A DNA stretch of 64,000 nt from Candidatus Omnitrophota bacterium (GCA_043814605.1 JBDRJV010000007.1:131354-195353), one strand, 5' to 3'; shown: positions 19,986-30,651, counted from the stretch's first letter. A program made the numbers and translations. Notes: generated by a model from the sequence alone, not told the origin.

Positions 19986-21224
19986 ATGAAGAAAACTGTA
20001 GTACAAAAATATGGCGGCAGTTCTGTAGCCAATGCCGAATGCATTAAAAATGTTGCCCAACGCGTTGTCCAGACTAAAAAAAATGGTTATAACGTAGTTG
20101 TGGTGGTATCTGCATTAGGGGATACCACTGATAATCTGATCGATCTGGCAAAGCAAATCACCGAAAATCCCTCGGAACGAGAATATGATATGCTGCTTTC
20201 TACAGGAGAACAGGTTTCGATTGCGCTTCTGGCAATGGCGATCCATAAATTAGGGGTGGAAGCAATTTCCTTTACCGGGGCACAGGCAGGGATTATCACG
20301 GATACAACATTCTCTAAGGCACGGGTTATAAATATAAAACAAAGCAAAAAAATTAAGTCTGAACTCAAAAAAGGAAAAATTGTTATTGTTGCTGGATTCC
20401 AAGGGATTACAGTTGACCAGGAAATTACAACTTTAGGCCGTGGCGGTTCTAATCTTACTGCCGTTGCCCTGGCTAAGGCACTGGGTGGGTGTATGTGTGA
20501 AATGAATACAGATGTGGAAGGTGTTTTTACCGCAGACCCGCGGATTGTGCCGCAGGCGCGTAAACTTGACTATTTAAGTTATGATGAAATGCTGGAAATG
20601 TCATCTTTGGGATCTCAAGTTTTACAGGCACGTTCTGTAATATTTGCAAAAAAATTTAATGTGCCGATTCATGTGCGTTCGAGTTTTAGCAAAGCTACGG
20701 GTACGATTATTAGTAAGGAGGCAAAAACAATGTGGGAAGGTGTGGTAATATCAGGCGTAACTTTAGAGAAAAAAGAAATTAAGGTCACAATTTGTGATGT
20801 TCCGGATAAGCCGGGAATTGCCGCTAGAATTTTTCAAGATTTAGCAAATGCCGAAATAAATGTGGATATGATCATTCAAAATATTAGCCGGACCAGATGT
20901 ACGGATATTTCGTTTACCGCTCCCAAATCAGATTTAAATAAGACATTAAAAATTGCGCGTAAAATAGTAAAAAAAGTCGGGGCGGAAAATGTTACTTATG
21001 ATGAAAATATTGCTAAGGTTTCAGTTGTCGGTGTGGGGATGAAGTCTCATCCAGGAGTGGCCGCTAAAATGTTTAAGGTTCTCGCTCGGAAAAAAATTAA
21101 TATCGAAATGATTTCAACATCAGAAATTAGTATTTCTGTGGTAATTTCTCAGAATAAAGGCCAAGCGGCGGTAAAGGCTTTACACCGGGCTTTTGGCTTA
21201 GATGTTAAACCAGGGGAAAAGTAA
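19986..21224 (+). CDS. lysC: Aspartate kinase (alpha subunit)
   Basis: VQKYGGSSV, TTLGRGGS, TADPR and two ACT domains. Confidence 0.95.
   Translation: MKKTVVQKYGGSSVANAECIKNVAQRVVQTKKNGYNVVVVVSALGDTTDNLIDLAKQITENPSEREYDMLLSTGEQVSIALLAMAIHKLGVEAISFTGAQAGIITDTTFSKARVINIKQSKKIKSELKKGKIVIVAGFQGITVDQEITTLGRGGSNLTAVALAKALGGCMCEMNTDVEGVFTADPRIVPQARKLDYLSYDEMLEMSSLGSQVLQARSVIFAKKFNVPIHVRSSFSKATGTIISKEAKTMWEGVVISGVTLEKKEIKVTICDVPDKPGIAARIFQDLANAEINVDMIIQNISRTRCTDISFTAPKSDLNKTLKIARKIVKKVGAENVTYDENIAKVSVVGVGMKSHPGVAAKMFKVLARKKINIEMISTSEISISVVISQNKGQAAVKALHRAFGLDVKPGEK
20730..21224 (+). CDS. Aspartate kinase beta subunit (nested in-frame start)
   Basis: AAGGAGG at 20715-20721, 8 nt before an in-frame ATG (codon 249) at the start of the ACT domains. 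Confidence 0.6.
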   Translation: MWEGVVISGVTLEKKEIKVTICDVPDKPGIAARIFQDLANAEINVDMIIQNISRTRCTDISFTAPKSDLNKTLKIARKIVKKVGAENVTYDENIAKVSVVGVGMKSHPGVAAKMFKVLARKKINIEMISTSEISISVVISQNKGQAAVKALHRAFGLDVKPGEK

Positions 21225-21245
21225 GCTAAGAACAAAGGATATTTT

Positions 21246-22820
21246 ATGAGAAAAGTGATAGTTTATGATACAACATTAAGAGATGGGGCTCAGACCGAAG
21301 GTGTTTCTTATTCAGTAACCGATAAAATTCGTATTGCCAAAAAACTTGATGAATTGGGAGTACATTTTATTGAAGGCGGTTGGCCAGGATCTAATCCTAA
21401 GGATCTGGAATTTTTCAAAGAAATAAAAAAAATTAAGTTTAAAAATTCAGAATTAGTTGCTTTTGGCAGTACCCGGCGTAAAGATAAACCAGCGGGAAAT
21501 GATCCGATCCTCAGGGAATTGGTGAATGCCGGCGTTAAATATATCACAATTTTTGGTAAGAGCTGGGATTTACATGTTAAAGATGTGCTTAAAGCAACAC
21601 TGGATGAAAATCTGCGGATGATTAGTGATACAATTCAATTTATTAAATCTAAAAAAATTACGCCGTTTTTTGATGCCGAACATTTTTTTGACGGGTATAA
21701 AAGCAATCCGGATTATGCATTAAAAACTTTACTAACCGCACAGAAAGCAGGTGCTGCGGCAATAATTTTATGTGACACAAACGGAGGCACATTAACCTCA
21801 AACATCATAAAAATCATTTCTGAAATTAAGCCGCACATTAAAGTTGATTTGGGAATTCATGTGCATAATGATAATGGGATGGCTATTGCGAATACGGTTG
21901 CTGCGGTTGAGTCTGGATGCACTCAGGTGCAGGGTACAGTCAATGGCTACGGTGAGCGCTGCGGTAATGTAGATATTTGTGCAGTTATTGCTTGTCTGGA
22001 GCTAAAACTCGGGATAATGTGTATTGGAAAAAAACGCTTAAAAGAACTTACCGAAGTTTCGCATTACATTAGTGAAGTCAGCAATATGAAACAGCAGGAT
22101 AATCAGCCGTTTGTCGGGAGTTCTGCGTTTGCCCATAAAGCGGGTGTGCATATTAATGCTATGGTAAAAACTCCGTTAAGTTATGAACATGTAATTCCGG
22201 AAGATGTTGGTAATCAAAGAAGATTTTTAGCTTCTGAACTTGCCGGGAAAACTAGTATTCTATTTAAGGCAAAGCAGCTTTCTTATGATTTGGACAAGAA
22301 TGATAAAAATACTAAAAAATTACATAAACTAATTCAGGAATTAGAGTATGAGGGATATCAATTTGAAGCCGCCGAAGCTTCTTTTGAATTATTAATCAAG
22401 AAAGCGTTAAAGAAATATAATAAGTTTTTTGAACTTGATGGGTTTCGGGTGATTGTAGAGAAGCGCCAAGATAGTACGCTGATTTCTGAGGCAACAGTGA
22501 AGATTAAAGTTAATAAAAAGAAAAAACATACTGCCTGCGAAGGGGATGGTCCGGTGAATGCTTTAGATGGGGCCTTGCGCAAGGCATTAGAGGATTTTTA
22601 TCCGGAATTATCAGGCATGCATTTATCTGATTTTAAAGTACGTGTTTTAGACAGCAAGGCCGGAACAGCTGCTAAAGTACGGGTTTTTATTGAATCTCAG
22701 GATGAAAAAAGCTCCTGGTGGACAGTGGGGGTTTCCGAAAATATTATTGAAGCTAGTTGGCAAGCTTTAGTCGATAGTATTGAATACAAGCTGTTGAAAG
22801 AAAGAGCAGAAAAAAAATAG
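21246..22820 (+). CDS. cimA: Citramalate synthase (LeuA-like family)
   Basis: DTTLRDGAQTEG, IEGGWPGSNPKD, GYGERCGN, GDGPVNALD. Confidence 0.9.
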   Translation: MRKVIVYDTTLRDGAQTEGVSYSVTDKIRIAKKLDELGVHFIEGGWPGSNPKDLEFFKEIKKIKFKNSELVAFGSTRRKDKPAGNDPILRELVNAGVKYITIFGKSWDLHVKDVLKATLDENLRMISDTIQFIKSKKITPFFDAEHFFDGYKSNPDYALKTLLTAQKAGAAAIILCDTNGGTLTSNIIKIISEIKPHIKVDLGIHVHNDNGMAIANTVAAVESGCTQVQGTVNGYGERCGNVDICAVIACLELKLGIMCIGKKRLKELTEVSHYISEVSNMKQQDNQPFVGSSAFAHKAGVHINAMVKTPLSYEHVIPEDVGNQRRFLASELAGKTSILFKAKQLSYDLDKNDKNTKKLHKLIQELEYEGYQFEAAEASFELLIKKALKKYNKFFELDGFRVIVEKRQDSTLISEATVKIKVNKKKKHTACEGDGPVNALDGALRKALEDFYPELSGMHLSDFKVRVLDSKAGTAAKVRVFIESQDEKSSWWTVGVSENIIEASWQALVDSIEYKLLKERAEKK

Positions 22821-22827
22821 CACAATC

Positions 22828-25593
22828 ATGGAAGAATTTGCAACCAAATATAATTTTAAAGAAGTCGAAGCAAGGCGTTATGAGTTTTGGGAAAAAAATC
22901 ATTATTTTCATGGACAAGTTAATAAGGGGAAAAGTCCCTTTTCTATTGTCATCCCCCCGCCCAATGTAACCGGAATTTTACATATGGGTCATGCCTTAAA
23001 TAATACGATTCAGGATGTTTTAATTCGTTATAAAAAAATGTCAGGCTTCGAATCACTTTGGATGCCGGGAACAGACCATGCGGGCATTGCAACTCAAAAT
23101 GTGGTTGAGAAAAAAATTGCTAAAGAAGGCTTAAGGCGGCAGGATTTAGGCCGGGAAAAATTTTTAGAATATGTTTGGAGCTGGAAACAAGAATACGGTT
23201 CAACGATTATTAAACAATTAAAACATTTGGGCTGTGCTTGTGATTGGGATAGAATCCGCTTTACAATGGACGCAGCTTACAGTGATGCGGTTTTAGAAGT
23301 TTTTGTCCGGCTTTATGAAAAAGACCTGATTTACCGGGGATTTTATATTATTAATTGGTGTCCACGTTGTCAAACTGCTTTATCGGATGAAGAAGCGCCG
23401 CATAAAGATACACAAGGATTTCTTTACCACATAAAATACCCGATTGTAAATTCCAAAGATAATATTGTTGTCGCGACAACCCGGCCGGAAACAATGCTGG
23501 GAGATACTGCGGTTGCAGTTAATCCGCAGGATAAAAGATATAAACACTTAATTGGAAAGACAGTAATTTTGCCGTTAATGGAGCGGGAAATAAAAATTAT
23601 CGCTGATGATTTTGTTGATCCGGAATTTGGTACAGGCGCAGTAAAAGTAACCCCGGCGCATGATCCGAATGACTATGCTCTGGGAAAAAGGCACAAGCTT
23701 GAATTTATAAATATTTTTAATCCGGACGGTGTTTGTAATGAAAATGCCGGTAATTATGCTGGTAAAGACCGGTTTGCTGCCCGCGCTACAATAATTGAAG
23801 ATTTAAAACAGAGAAAATTATTAATAAAAACCCAATCTCATGCATATGCTGTAGGCCATTGCTACCGTTGCCATACTGTGGTTGAACCTTATTATTCAAA
23901 GCAATGGTTTGTCCGGATGAAGCCGTTATCAATTGCAGCAATAAAAGCTGTAAAAGAGAGCCGGATAAAATTCTATCCTAAGCGCTGGACAAAAGTTTAT
24001 CTCAATTGGATGGAAAATATTCAGGATTGGTGTATATCGCGTCAGATTTGGTGGGGGCACAGGCTGCCGGTTTATTATTGCCAAGATTGTCAGATTGTTC
24101 AAAATAGGCAAAAAGATGAAAAATCAGATTGCATTGAAAAAAACGGGGTGATTATAGCCAAGTTTAAGCCGGAAAAATGCCCGGATTGTAATGGCAAAAA
24201 TATAACTCAAGATCCCGATGTTTTAGATACCTGGTTTTCCAGCTGGCTGTGGCCATTTGCAACTTTTGGCTGGCCGTTTACAGGCAACAGGCAACAGGCA
24301 ACAGGCAGCAGGCAAAATGGCCTGAAGCCTGAAACTTGTAACTTGCAGCGAGAAGAACTTTCCTATTTTTATCCAACTTCAGTTTTAGTTACGGCTCCGG
24401 AGATTATCTTTTTTTGGGTAGCACGGATGATCATGGCGGGATTTGAGTTTATGGGAGATATTCCGTTTAAGGATGTTTATATCCATGGTACAGTACGCGA
24501 TGATCTGGGTAAGAAAATGTCTAAGTCTTTAGGCAATAGTATCGATCCCTTAGAAATTATTAATGAATATGGGACAGATGCGTTACGATTCAGTTTAATT
24601 TCAATTACAGCCATGGGCCAGGATATATTTTTATCCAAAGATAAATTTGAATTTGGCCGTAACTTTGCAAATAAAATTTGGAATGCATCACGTTTCATTT
24701 TAATGAATTTAAATCATGAAGAATTAACATCGACAACAAATATTTCGTGGGATAAAGAAAAACTGGGTTTGGCCAATGCTTGGATATTAAGCCGTTTAAA
24801 TTCAACCATAAAAAATGTAAAAAAGTCATTTTCTCTTTATCGTTTGAATGAAGCTGCAAATATTTTGTATGAGTTTTTTTGGCATCAGTTTTGTGATTGG
24901 TATATTGAATTCTCAAAATCCGATATTAAAGATAAAATAACGCAATGCGTGCTTTTTGATGTTTTAAAAAAATCGTTATGTTTACTGCATCCTTTTATGC
25001 CATTGATAACGGATGATCTTTGGCAGAAGGTTACACAAAAAACAGAGTCTATTTATGCTCAAGCTCAACCAGATATTCAGGCGCAATTTATTGATCAGGA
25101 ACTGGAGCGGCAAATGGAAAGATTGATTACCGATATTACAGTAATCAGAAATTTACGTTCACAGACTAATATTAAGCCTAAGGATGAGGTTAGTGTACAA
25201 ATTTTTGAAACGGATAAAGAAAATATCGCGTTTATTAAAAAACATTCAATTTATTTAAAAAGGCTGGCGAAACTTAATCATTTTGAATTTATTAATAAAA
25301 ATTCTCCGCCGGATATGTGCGCCGCCAGCGGGGTGGCATTAAGTTCGATTATTTATCTTATCGGGGCAGAAGTTGATCGGGCCGTAGAAAAGGAAAAATT
25401 AGAAAAACAAATCCAGGAAATTATAAAGCACATTGCTAATCGCGATAAACAGCTGGGGAATCCGGTATTTCGGCAAAAGGCGCCAAAAAAAATAATTGAA
25501 AATTTAAAACAGTCGCGTGACGAATTGAAAATTGAACTGGAAAAACTAAAGAGTATAAAAAATGGTCTTAGGGAAAAGAAGGAAGAAAAATAA
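22828..25593 (+). CDS. valS: Valine--tRNA ligase
   Basis: PPPNVTGILHMGH, KMSKS, DVLDTWFSS. Confidence 0.97.
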   Translation: MEEFATKYNFKEVEARRYEFWEKNHYFHGQVNKGKSPFSIVIPPPNVTGILHMGHALNNTIQDVLIRYKKMSGFESLWMPGTDHAGIATQNVVEKKIAKEGLRRQDLGREKFLEYVWSWKQEYGSTIIKQLKHLGCACDWDRIRFTMDAAYSDAVLEVFVRLYEKDLIYRGFYIINWCPRCQTALSDEEAPHKDTQGFLYHIKYPIVNSKDNIVVATTRPETMLGDTAVAVNPQDKRYKHLIGKTVILPLMEREIKIIADDFVDPEFGTGAVKVTPAHDPNDYALGKRHKLEFINIFNPDGVCNENAGNYAGKDRFAARATIIEDLKQRKLLIKTQSHAYAVGHCYRCHTVVEPYYSKQWFVRMKPLSIAAIKAVKESRIKFYPKRWTKVYLNWMENIQDWCISRQIWWGHRLPVYYCQDCQIVQNRQKDEKSDCIEKNGVIIAKFKPEKCPDCNGKNITQDPDVLDTWFSSWLWPFATFGWPFTGNRQQATGSRQNGLKPETCNLQREELSYFYPTSVLVTAPEIIFFWVARMIMAGFEFMGDIPFKDVYIHGTVRDDLGKKMSKSLGNSIDPLEIINEYGTDALRFSLISITAMGQDIFLSKDKFEFGRNFANKIWNASRFILMNLNHEELTSTTNISWDKEKLGLANAWILSRLNSTIKNVKKSFSLYRLNEAANILYEFFWHQFCDWYIEFSKSDIKDKITQCVLFDVLKKSLCLLHPFMPLITDDLWQKVTQKTESIYAQAQPDIQAQFIDQELERQMERLITDITVIRNLRSQTNIKPKDEVSVQIFETDKENIAFIKKHSIYLKRLAKLNHFEFINKNSPPDMCAASGVALSSIIYLIGAEVDRAVEKEKLEKQIQEIIKHIANRDKQLGNPVFRQKAPKKIIENLKQSRDELKIELEKLKSIKNGLREKKEEK
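24280..24347. repeat. Heptamer-period palindromic repeat within valS
   Basis: (ACAGGCA)x4 GCAGGCA aaatg (GCCTGAA)x2 ACTTGTA ACTTGCA; the CAGGC and GCCTG arms are complementary. Confidence 0.85.
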
Positions 25594-26479
25594 AAAAAAC
25601 AAGCAAAAACAAAGCATTTTATCAGAAGCAGCAATTGTGGTGAGTAATGCTTTGTCTGAAGATATCGGGGCTGGCGATATTACGAGTCAAGGGCTGATTG
25701 ATCCCCAGACAAAAGTAAAAGCCTGGATTATTGTAAAAGAAAAAAATATTGTGGTTTGCGGCATGGATATTTTAAAAGAAGTATTTTATCAAGTTGATCG
25801 AAAAATTAAAATAAAAAGTTATGTTAGAGATGGAGATTTTTTAAAAACAAAAACAAAAATTTGTGAAATACAAGGAGCGGCACGGAGTATTTTAACCGCG
25901 GAGCGGACAGCGTTGAACTTTTTAGGCCGGTTTTCCGGAATTTCTACAAAAACTTACTTGCTTGTAAAAAAAATCAAAAAATATAAAATTAAGATTTTGG
26001 ATACGCGTAAAACAACTCCGGGTTTAAGAATTTTAGAAAAATATGCGGTGAAAATTGGCGGAGGAATTAATCACCGTATGGGTTTGTATGACTGTGTCTT
26101 GATTAAAGATAATCATTTAAAATTACTCCGGCAGCAAAAAAAAGAAGATATTTTTAAATCAGCTATAAACAGGTTTAAAAAAAAATTTAAAGGCAGGATA
26201 AAGATCGAAGTAGAAGTTAAAAACCAAAAAGAATTAAAAAATGCCCTAAAGTGTAATCCGGATGTTATAATGTTAGATAATATGAGTTTAACTCAGATGC
26301 GGCAAGCTGTAAAAATGCGTGATTTATTAAATAGCCAGGTAAGGCTGGAGGCATCCGGTAATATTAATGAAGCTAATATTGAGCAAGCTGCCGCTAGCGG
26401 AGTTGACTTTATCTCAGTCGGCGCACTTACGCATTCAGTTAAATCGATTGATTTCAGTCTTAATTTTATCGATTTTTAA
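25562..26479 (+). CDS. nadC: Nicotinate-nucleotide pyrophosphorylase (start uncertain)
   Basis: EDIGAGDIT, DTRKTTPG, LIKDNH, MLDN, EASG. Confidence 0.95.
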   Translation: MVLGKRRKKNKKNKQKQSILSEAAIVVSNALSEDIGAGDITSQGLIDPQTKVKAWIIVKEKNIVVCGMDILKEVFYQVDRKIKIKSYVRDGDFLKTKTKICEIQGAARSILTAERTALNFLGRFSGISTKTYLLVKKIKKYKIKILDTRKTTPGLRILEKYAVKIGGGINHRMGLYDCVLIKDNHLKLLRQQKKEDIFKSAINRFKKKFKGRIKIEVEVKNQKELKNALKCNPDVIMLDNMSLTQMRQAVKMRDLLNSQVRLEASGNINEANIEQAAASGVDFISVGALTHSVKSIDFSLNFIDF

Positions 26480-26512
26480 ATTACAAGATAGTTAATAAAA
26501 GGAGTTCAAGGT

Positions 26513-27586
26513 ATGGAAATTAATAAATTACTAAATATTGCAGTGGAAAGTAATGCTTCGGATTTGCATATTGTTGTTGGCGTACCGCCAACATTACGCG
26601 TTGATGGTGAATTAATTCCTCTAGAAATGGATGTATTAACTCCCGAAGCCTCTAAAATTATGATTTATAGTATCTTAAATGATGTACAAAGGCATAAATT
26701 TGAAAAAGACTGGGAACTTGATTTCTCTTTTTCTGTGCCAGGCTTAAGCAGATTTCGGGTTAATATTTATATTTCCAAAGATCATATTGAAGCTGCGTTT
26801 CGTATTGTGGGATTAAGGGTAAAAGAACCGGAAGAATTAGGATTGCCTAATGTTATTCATGATTTTTGCCGCAAACTTGCCGGGCTTATTTTGGTCACCG
26901 GTCCGACGGGAGTAGGAAAAACGACAACGATGAATGCGATGATTGATTTGATTAACCGGGAAAGAAAAGAGCGGATTATAATTATTGAAGATCCCATCGA
27001 ATATATTCACGAGCATAAGAAAAGTGTAATTATTCAACGGGAAGTTTATTCAGATACTAAATCCTTTGCAGGTGCCTTGATTCAGACACTCCGGCAAGAC
27101 CCGAATGTAATATGTGTAGGAGAAATGCGCGACTTAGAAACTATTCAAACAGCTTTAACAGCAGCAGAGACAGGCCATTTGGTCTTAGCTACTTTACATA
27201 CACCGGATGCAATGCAGACTATTGATAGAATTATTGATGTTTTTCCCTCTAATGCGCAAGAACAGATCAGGATTATTCTTTCTAATGCTCTGGAAGGAAT
27301 AATTTCTCAGCAATTATTGCCTCGCATTGACGGTAAGGGCCGAATTTTAGCCGCGGAGGTGCTCATAGCCACGCCGGCAATAAGAAATGTTATCCGGGAA
27401 TCTAAGACAGAGCAAATCCCTACAATTATGCAGACGAGTGCGGAGAGCGGCATGCTCTTGATGGATACTTCATTAAAAGATTTATACACAAAAGGTGTGA
27501 TTAGCTACGAAACAGCAATAAGCCGTGTAAAAGATATTTCACACTTTAAATCTCTGCTGATGAAATCCGGAAAAAAGTTCAGTTAG
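26513..27586 (+). CDS. pilT: PilT/PilU family type IV pilus ATPase
   Basis: ASDLHI, GPTGVGKTT, EDPIE, LRQDP, GEMRD, AETGH. Confidence 0.9.
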   Translation: MEINKLLNIAVESNASDLHIVVGVPPTLRVDGELIPLEMDVLTPEASKIMIYSILNDVQRHKFEKDWELDFSFSVPGLSRFRVNIYISKDHIEAAFRIVGLRVKEPEELGLPNVIHDFCRKLAGLILVTGPTGVGKTTTMNAMIDLINRERKERIIIIEDPIEYIHEHKKSVIIQREVYSDTKSFAGALIQTLRQDPNVICVGEMRDLETIQTALTAAETGHLVLATLHTPDAMQTIDRIIDVFPSNAQEQIRIILSNALEGIISQQLLPRIDGKGRILAAEVLIATPAIRNVIRESKTEQIPTIMQTSAESGMLLMDTSLKDLYTKGVISYETAISRVKDISHFKSLLMKSGKKFS

Positions 27587-27589
27587 TAG

Positions 27590-29623
27590 ATGAAAAACGA
27601 GTTTGTTTTAAAAAGTTCGTTTAATCCTTGCGGTGACCAGCCTCAGGCAATTACCGAGTTATCAAAGTCTATTCAGAATAAAAATAGGTTTCAAACCTTA
27701 TTGGGTGTTACGGGCAGCGGCAAGACTTATACTATGGCGCAAATCATATCTAAGGTAAATAAACCCGCTTTAGTCATATCTCATAATAAAACTCTTGCGG
27801 CACAGCTTTATACAGAATTTAAAGAATTTTTTCCGCAGAATGCTGTGGAATATTTCATCAGCTATTATGATTATTATCAGCCGGAAGCGTATATTCCGCA
27901 AACGGATACTTATATTGAAAAAGATGCATCAATTAACGAGCGGATTAACCGGTTAAGACTGGCAGCCACAACCTCGTTAATGACCCGGCCAGATGTTATT
28001 GTTGTTGCAAGCGTATCTTGCATTTATAATTTAGGCTCACCGCGGGAATTTAGAAATTTTTTTGTACATTTAAAAGTAGGAGAGAATATTGACCGGGACA
28101 GTTTACTCAGGCAATTTGTTAAAATTCGTTATGAACGTAATGATGTTGCGTTTATTCAAGGTTTGTTCCGGGTTCGGGGTGATACCGTAGAAATTTTTCC
28201 AGCTTATGAATTGGATGCAGTACGGATAGAATTTTTTTCCGATACAATAGAAAAAATTTCCCTGATTGATCCGGTAACGTTAAGAATTAAAGATAAATTG
28301 ACGGAAATTGCGATTTACCCCGCAAAACATTTCTTAGTTGAGGAGGAGCAGTTAGCCGATGCTTTATCTGATATTGAAAAAGAAATGCTGATTGAAGTTG
28401 AAAATTTTAAAAAGCAGGGAAAAATTTTAGAAGCTCAGAGACTTGAATCTCGGACAAAATATGATTTAGAAATGCTCAGAGAACTGGGTTTTTGTCAGGG
28501 AGTAGAAAATTATTCGCGTTACTTAAGCCGTAGGCCAGCAGGAAGCAGGCCGTATTGTTTGCTTGATTATTTTCCGGATGATTTTCTGATTATCATTGAT
28601 GAATCGCATGTAACCATACCGCAGATCAGAGGCATGTATAATGGAGACAAGGCCAGAAAAGAAGTGCTGCGGGATTTTGGGTTTAGGCTGCCTTCTTGCC
28701 TGGATAATCGACCGCTTAAATTTAATGAGTTTGAAAAAATGGCAAACCAGGTTTTGTTTGCATCCGCCACTCCGGCGGATTATGAATTAAATAAAAGTAA
28801 AATAATTGCCGAGCAAATTATTCGGCCTACAGGTTTAGTTGATCCGGAAATCGTTGTGATACCAGCTAAGCATCAGATTGATGATTTAATTATGCGGGTT
28901 AAAGAAAGAGCCCAGAAAAAAGAAAGGGTTTTAGTCACAACTTTGACCAAACGGATGGCAGAGGATTTAGCCCAGTATTTAGAAGATACAGGATTAGCAA
29001 CGCATTACTTACATTCAGAATTAAATGCCTTAGAAAGGGTAAAAATTCTTACTGACTTAAGAAGAAAAAAATTTGACTGTCTGGTCGGGGTTAATCTCCT
29101 GCGGGAAGGGCTGGATTTACCGGAAGTTTCTTTGGTGTGTGTAATTGATGCGGACAAAGAAGGGTTTTTAAGATCAGCTACTTCGTTAATTCAGGTTGCC
29201 GGGCGAGCGGCGCGTCATATTAATGGACAAGTAATTATGTATGCGGATAAAATGACCAAATCTATGCAAAAAACAATTCTGGAGACAAACCGGCGCAGAA
29301 AAAAACAATTAGACTATAATCGTAAAAATAATATTTCTCCGCGTTCTGTGCAAAAAGCTATTATTGATTGGATGCAGGAAGAAAAACAGGCTGAAGTTAT
29401 GGTTCGTAAGATTGTCACAGAAGATATAAAAATGTATGAAAATCTTTATCGGGTGGATAATCTGGAAAGAGAGATGGAATTAGCCGCGAAAAATTTACAG
29501 TTTGAACGGGCAATTATTTTACGGAATAAAATAAAAGCGTTAAAAATTAAGAGTCCGAAGGAGCAGAGCAAAGGTGTAAAAATACAAAAAATAAAAAGGC
29601 AGCGATGGAAGAGAAAATTTTAA
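27590..29623 (+). CDS. uvrB: Excinuclease ABC subunit B
   Basis: GDQPQAI, GVTGSGKT, YYDYYQPEAY, DESH, LLREGLD. Confidence 0.97.
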   Translation: MKNEFVLKSSFNPCGDQPQAITELSKSIQNKNRFQTLLGVTGSGKTYTMAQIISKVNKPALVISHNKTLAAQLYTEFKEFFPQNAVEYFISYYDYYQPEAYIPQTDTYIEKDASINERINRLRLAATTSLMTRPDVIVVASVSCIYNLGSPREFRNFFVHLKVGENIDRDSLLRQFVKIRYERNDVAFIQGLFRVRGDTVEIFPAYELDAVRIEFFSDTIEKISLIDPVTLRIKDKLTEIAIYPAKHFLVEEEQLADALSDIEKEMLIEVENFKKQGKILEAQRLESRTKYDLEMLRELGFCQGVENYSRYLSRRPAGSRPYCLLDYFPDDFLIIIDESHVTIPQIRGMYNGDKARKEVLRDFGFRLPSCLDNRPLKFNEFEKMANQVLFASATPADYELNKSKIIAEQIIRPTGLVDPEIVVIPAKHQIDDLIMRVKERAQKKERVLVTTLTKRMAEDLAQYLEDTGLATHYLHSELNALERVKILTDLRRKKFDCLVGVNLLREGLDLPEVSLVCVIDADKEGFLRSATSLIQVAGRAARHINGQVIMYADKMTKSMQKTILETNRRRKKQLDYNRKNNISPRSVQKAIIDWMQEEKQAEVMVRKIVTEDIKMYENLYRVDNLEREMELAAKNLQFERAIILRNKIKALKIKSPKEQSKGVKIQKIKRQRWKRKF

Positions 29624-30576
29624 AATATCTAAAGCAAAACATGCATAATTTTGTTTCCGGGCAAGAACTCTCGGAAAGGTTAAACGTATCGCGTACAGCA
29701 ATCTGGAAGCATATTAAAAATTTAAAGAATTTGGATTATCAAATTATTGCACAGCCGCATTCTGGATACCAATTACTAAAGATACCCGACAAAATGCTTC
29801 CGGAAGAAATCAGCGATAACCTAAAAACGAAAAAGATTGCGAAAAAAATTATTGCGTATAAATCAACAGATTCCACAAATAATATTGCTTACCGTTTAGC
29901 AGAAGATGGTGCATTACACGGAACAATTGTGGTGAGTGAGGCTCAATCAAAGGGGAAAGGCAGGTTAGGCCGGAGCTGGGTATCCCCGGCCGGGGTGGGA
30001 ATTTATTTATCAATTATTTTAAGGCCAAATATTTCACCCCTGGAAGCAGGGAAATTAACATTAATGAGTTCGGTAAGTCTTGTGCGGGCTTTAAAACAGG
30101 TATTGGATATAAATGCACAAATTAAATGGCCAAATGATATTTATGTTGATAATGAGAAAGTTTGCGGTATCCTTACAGAAATGAGTGCAGAAGTAGACCA
30201 GGTAAATTTTATAATTTTAGGTATTGGTTTAAATGTGAACACAAAAGCCAGTGATTTACCCAAAGGGGGGACATCTTTACAGTTAAAGCTAAAAGACAAA
30301 AAACATATTGATCGAGTGAGTTTATTAAAATCAATACTTGAAGCAATTGAAGCAGATTACCTGAAAGTTTTAAAATATGGGTTTAATTTTGTAGTTGAGC
30401 AATGGAAAAAATCTTCGCGGACTTTGGGACATGATGTTAAAATAAAGACAGGTAAAAAGGTCATTTATGGTAAAGCCTTGGATTTAGATAATAATGGAGC
30501 TTTAGTAATTTGTGATGATACGGGCAGCTTACAACATATATTAAGCGGTGATGTAACGCCAATGGACAGCAGGTAG
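29605..30576 (+). CDS. birA: Biotin--[acetyl-CoA-carboxylase] ligase with N-terminal HTH
   Basis: VSRTAIWKHI HTH, DSTN, GKGRLGRSW, KWPND, KVCGIL. Confidence 0.95.
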   Translation: MEEKILKYLKQNMHNFVSGQELSERLNVSRTAIWKHIKNLKNLDYQIIAQPHSGYQLLKIPDKMLPEEISDNLKTKKIAKKIIAYKSTDSTNNIAYRLAEDGALHGTIVVSEAQSKGKGRLGRSWVSPAGVGIYLSIILRPNISPLEAGKLTLMSSVSLVRALKQVLDINAQIKWPNDIYVDNEKVCGILTEMSAEVDQVNFIILGIGLNVNTKASDLPKGGTSLQLKLKDKKHIDRVSLLKSILEAIEADYLKVLKYGFNFVVEQWKKSSRTLGHDVKIKTGKKVIYGKALDLDNNGALVICDDTGSLQHILSGDVTPMDSR

Positions 30577-30651
30577 CAGACTGCAGGTTTCAAGCAATAA
30601 ATAATTTTTAGCCGGCAACATGAAATTTGTAATTTGTAACTTGTAACTTGT
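30564..30651. repeat. Heptamer repeat array, left part (interrupted by IS4)
   Basis: ggacagc aggtagc agactgc aggtttc aag ... tttgtaa tttgtaa cttgtaa cttgt. Confidence 0.7.
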
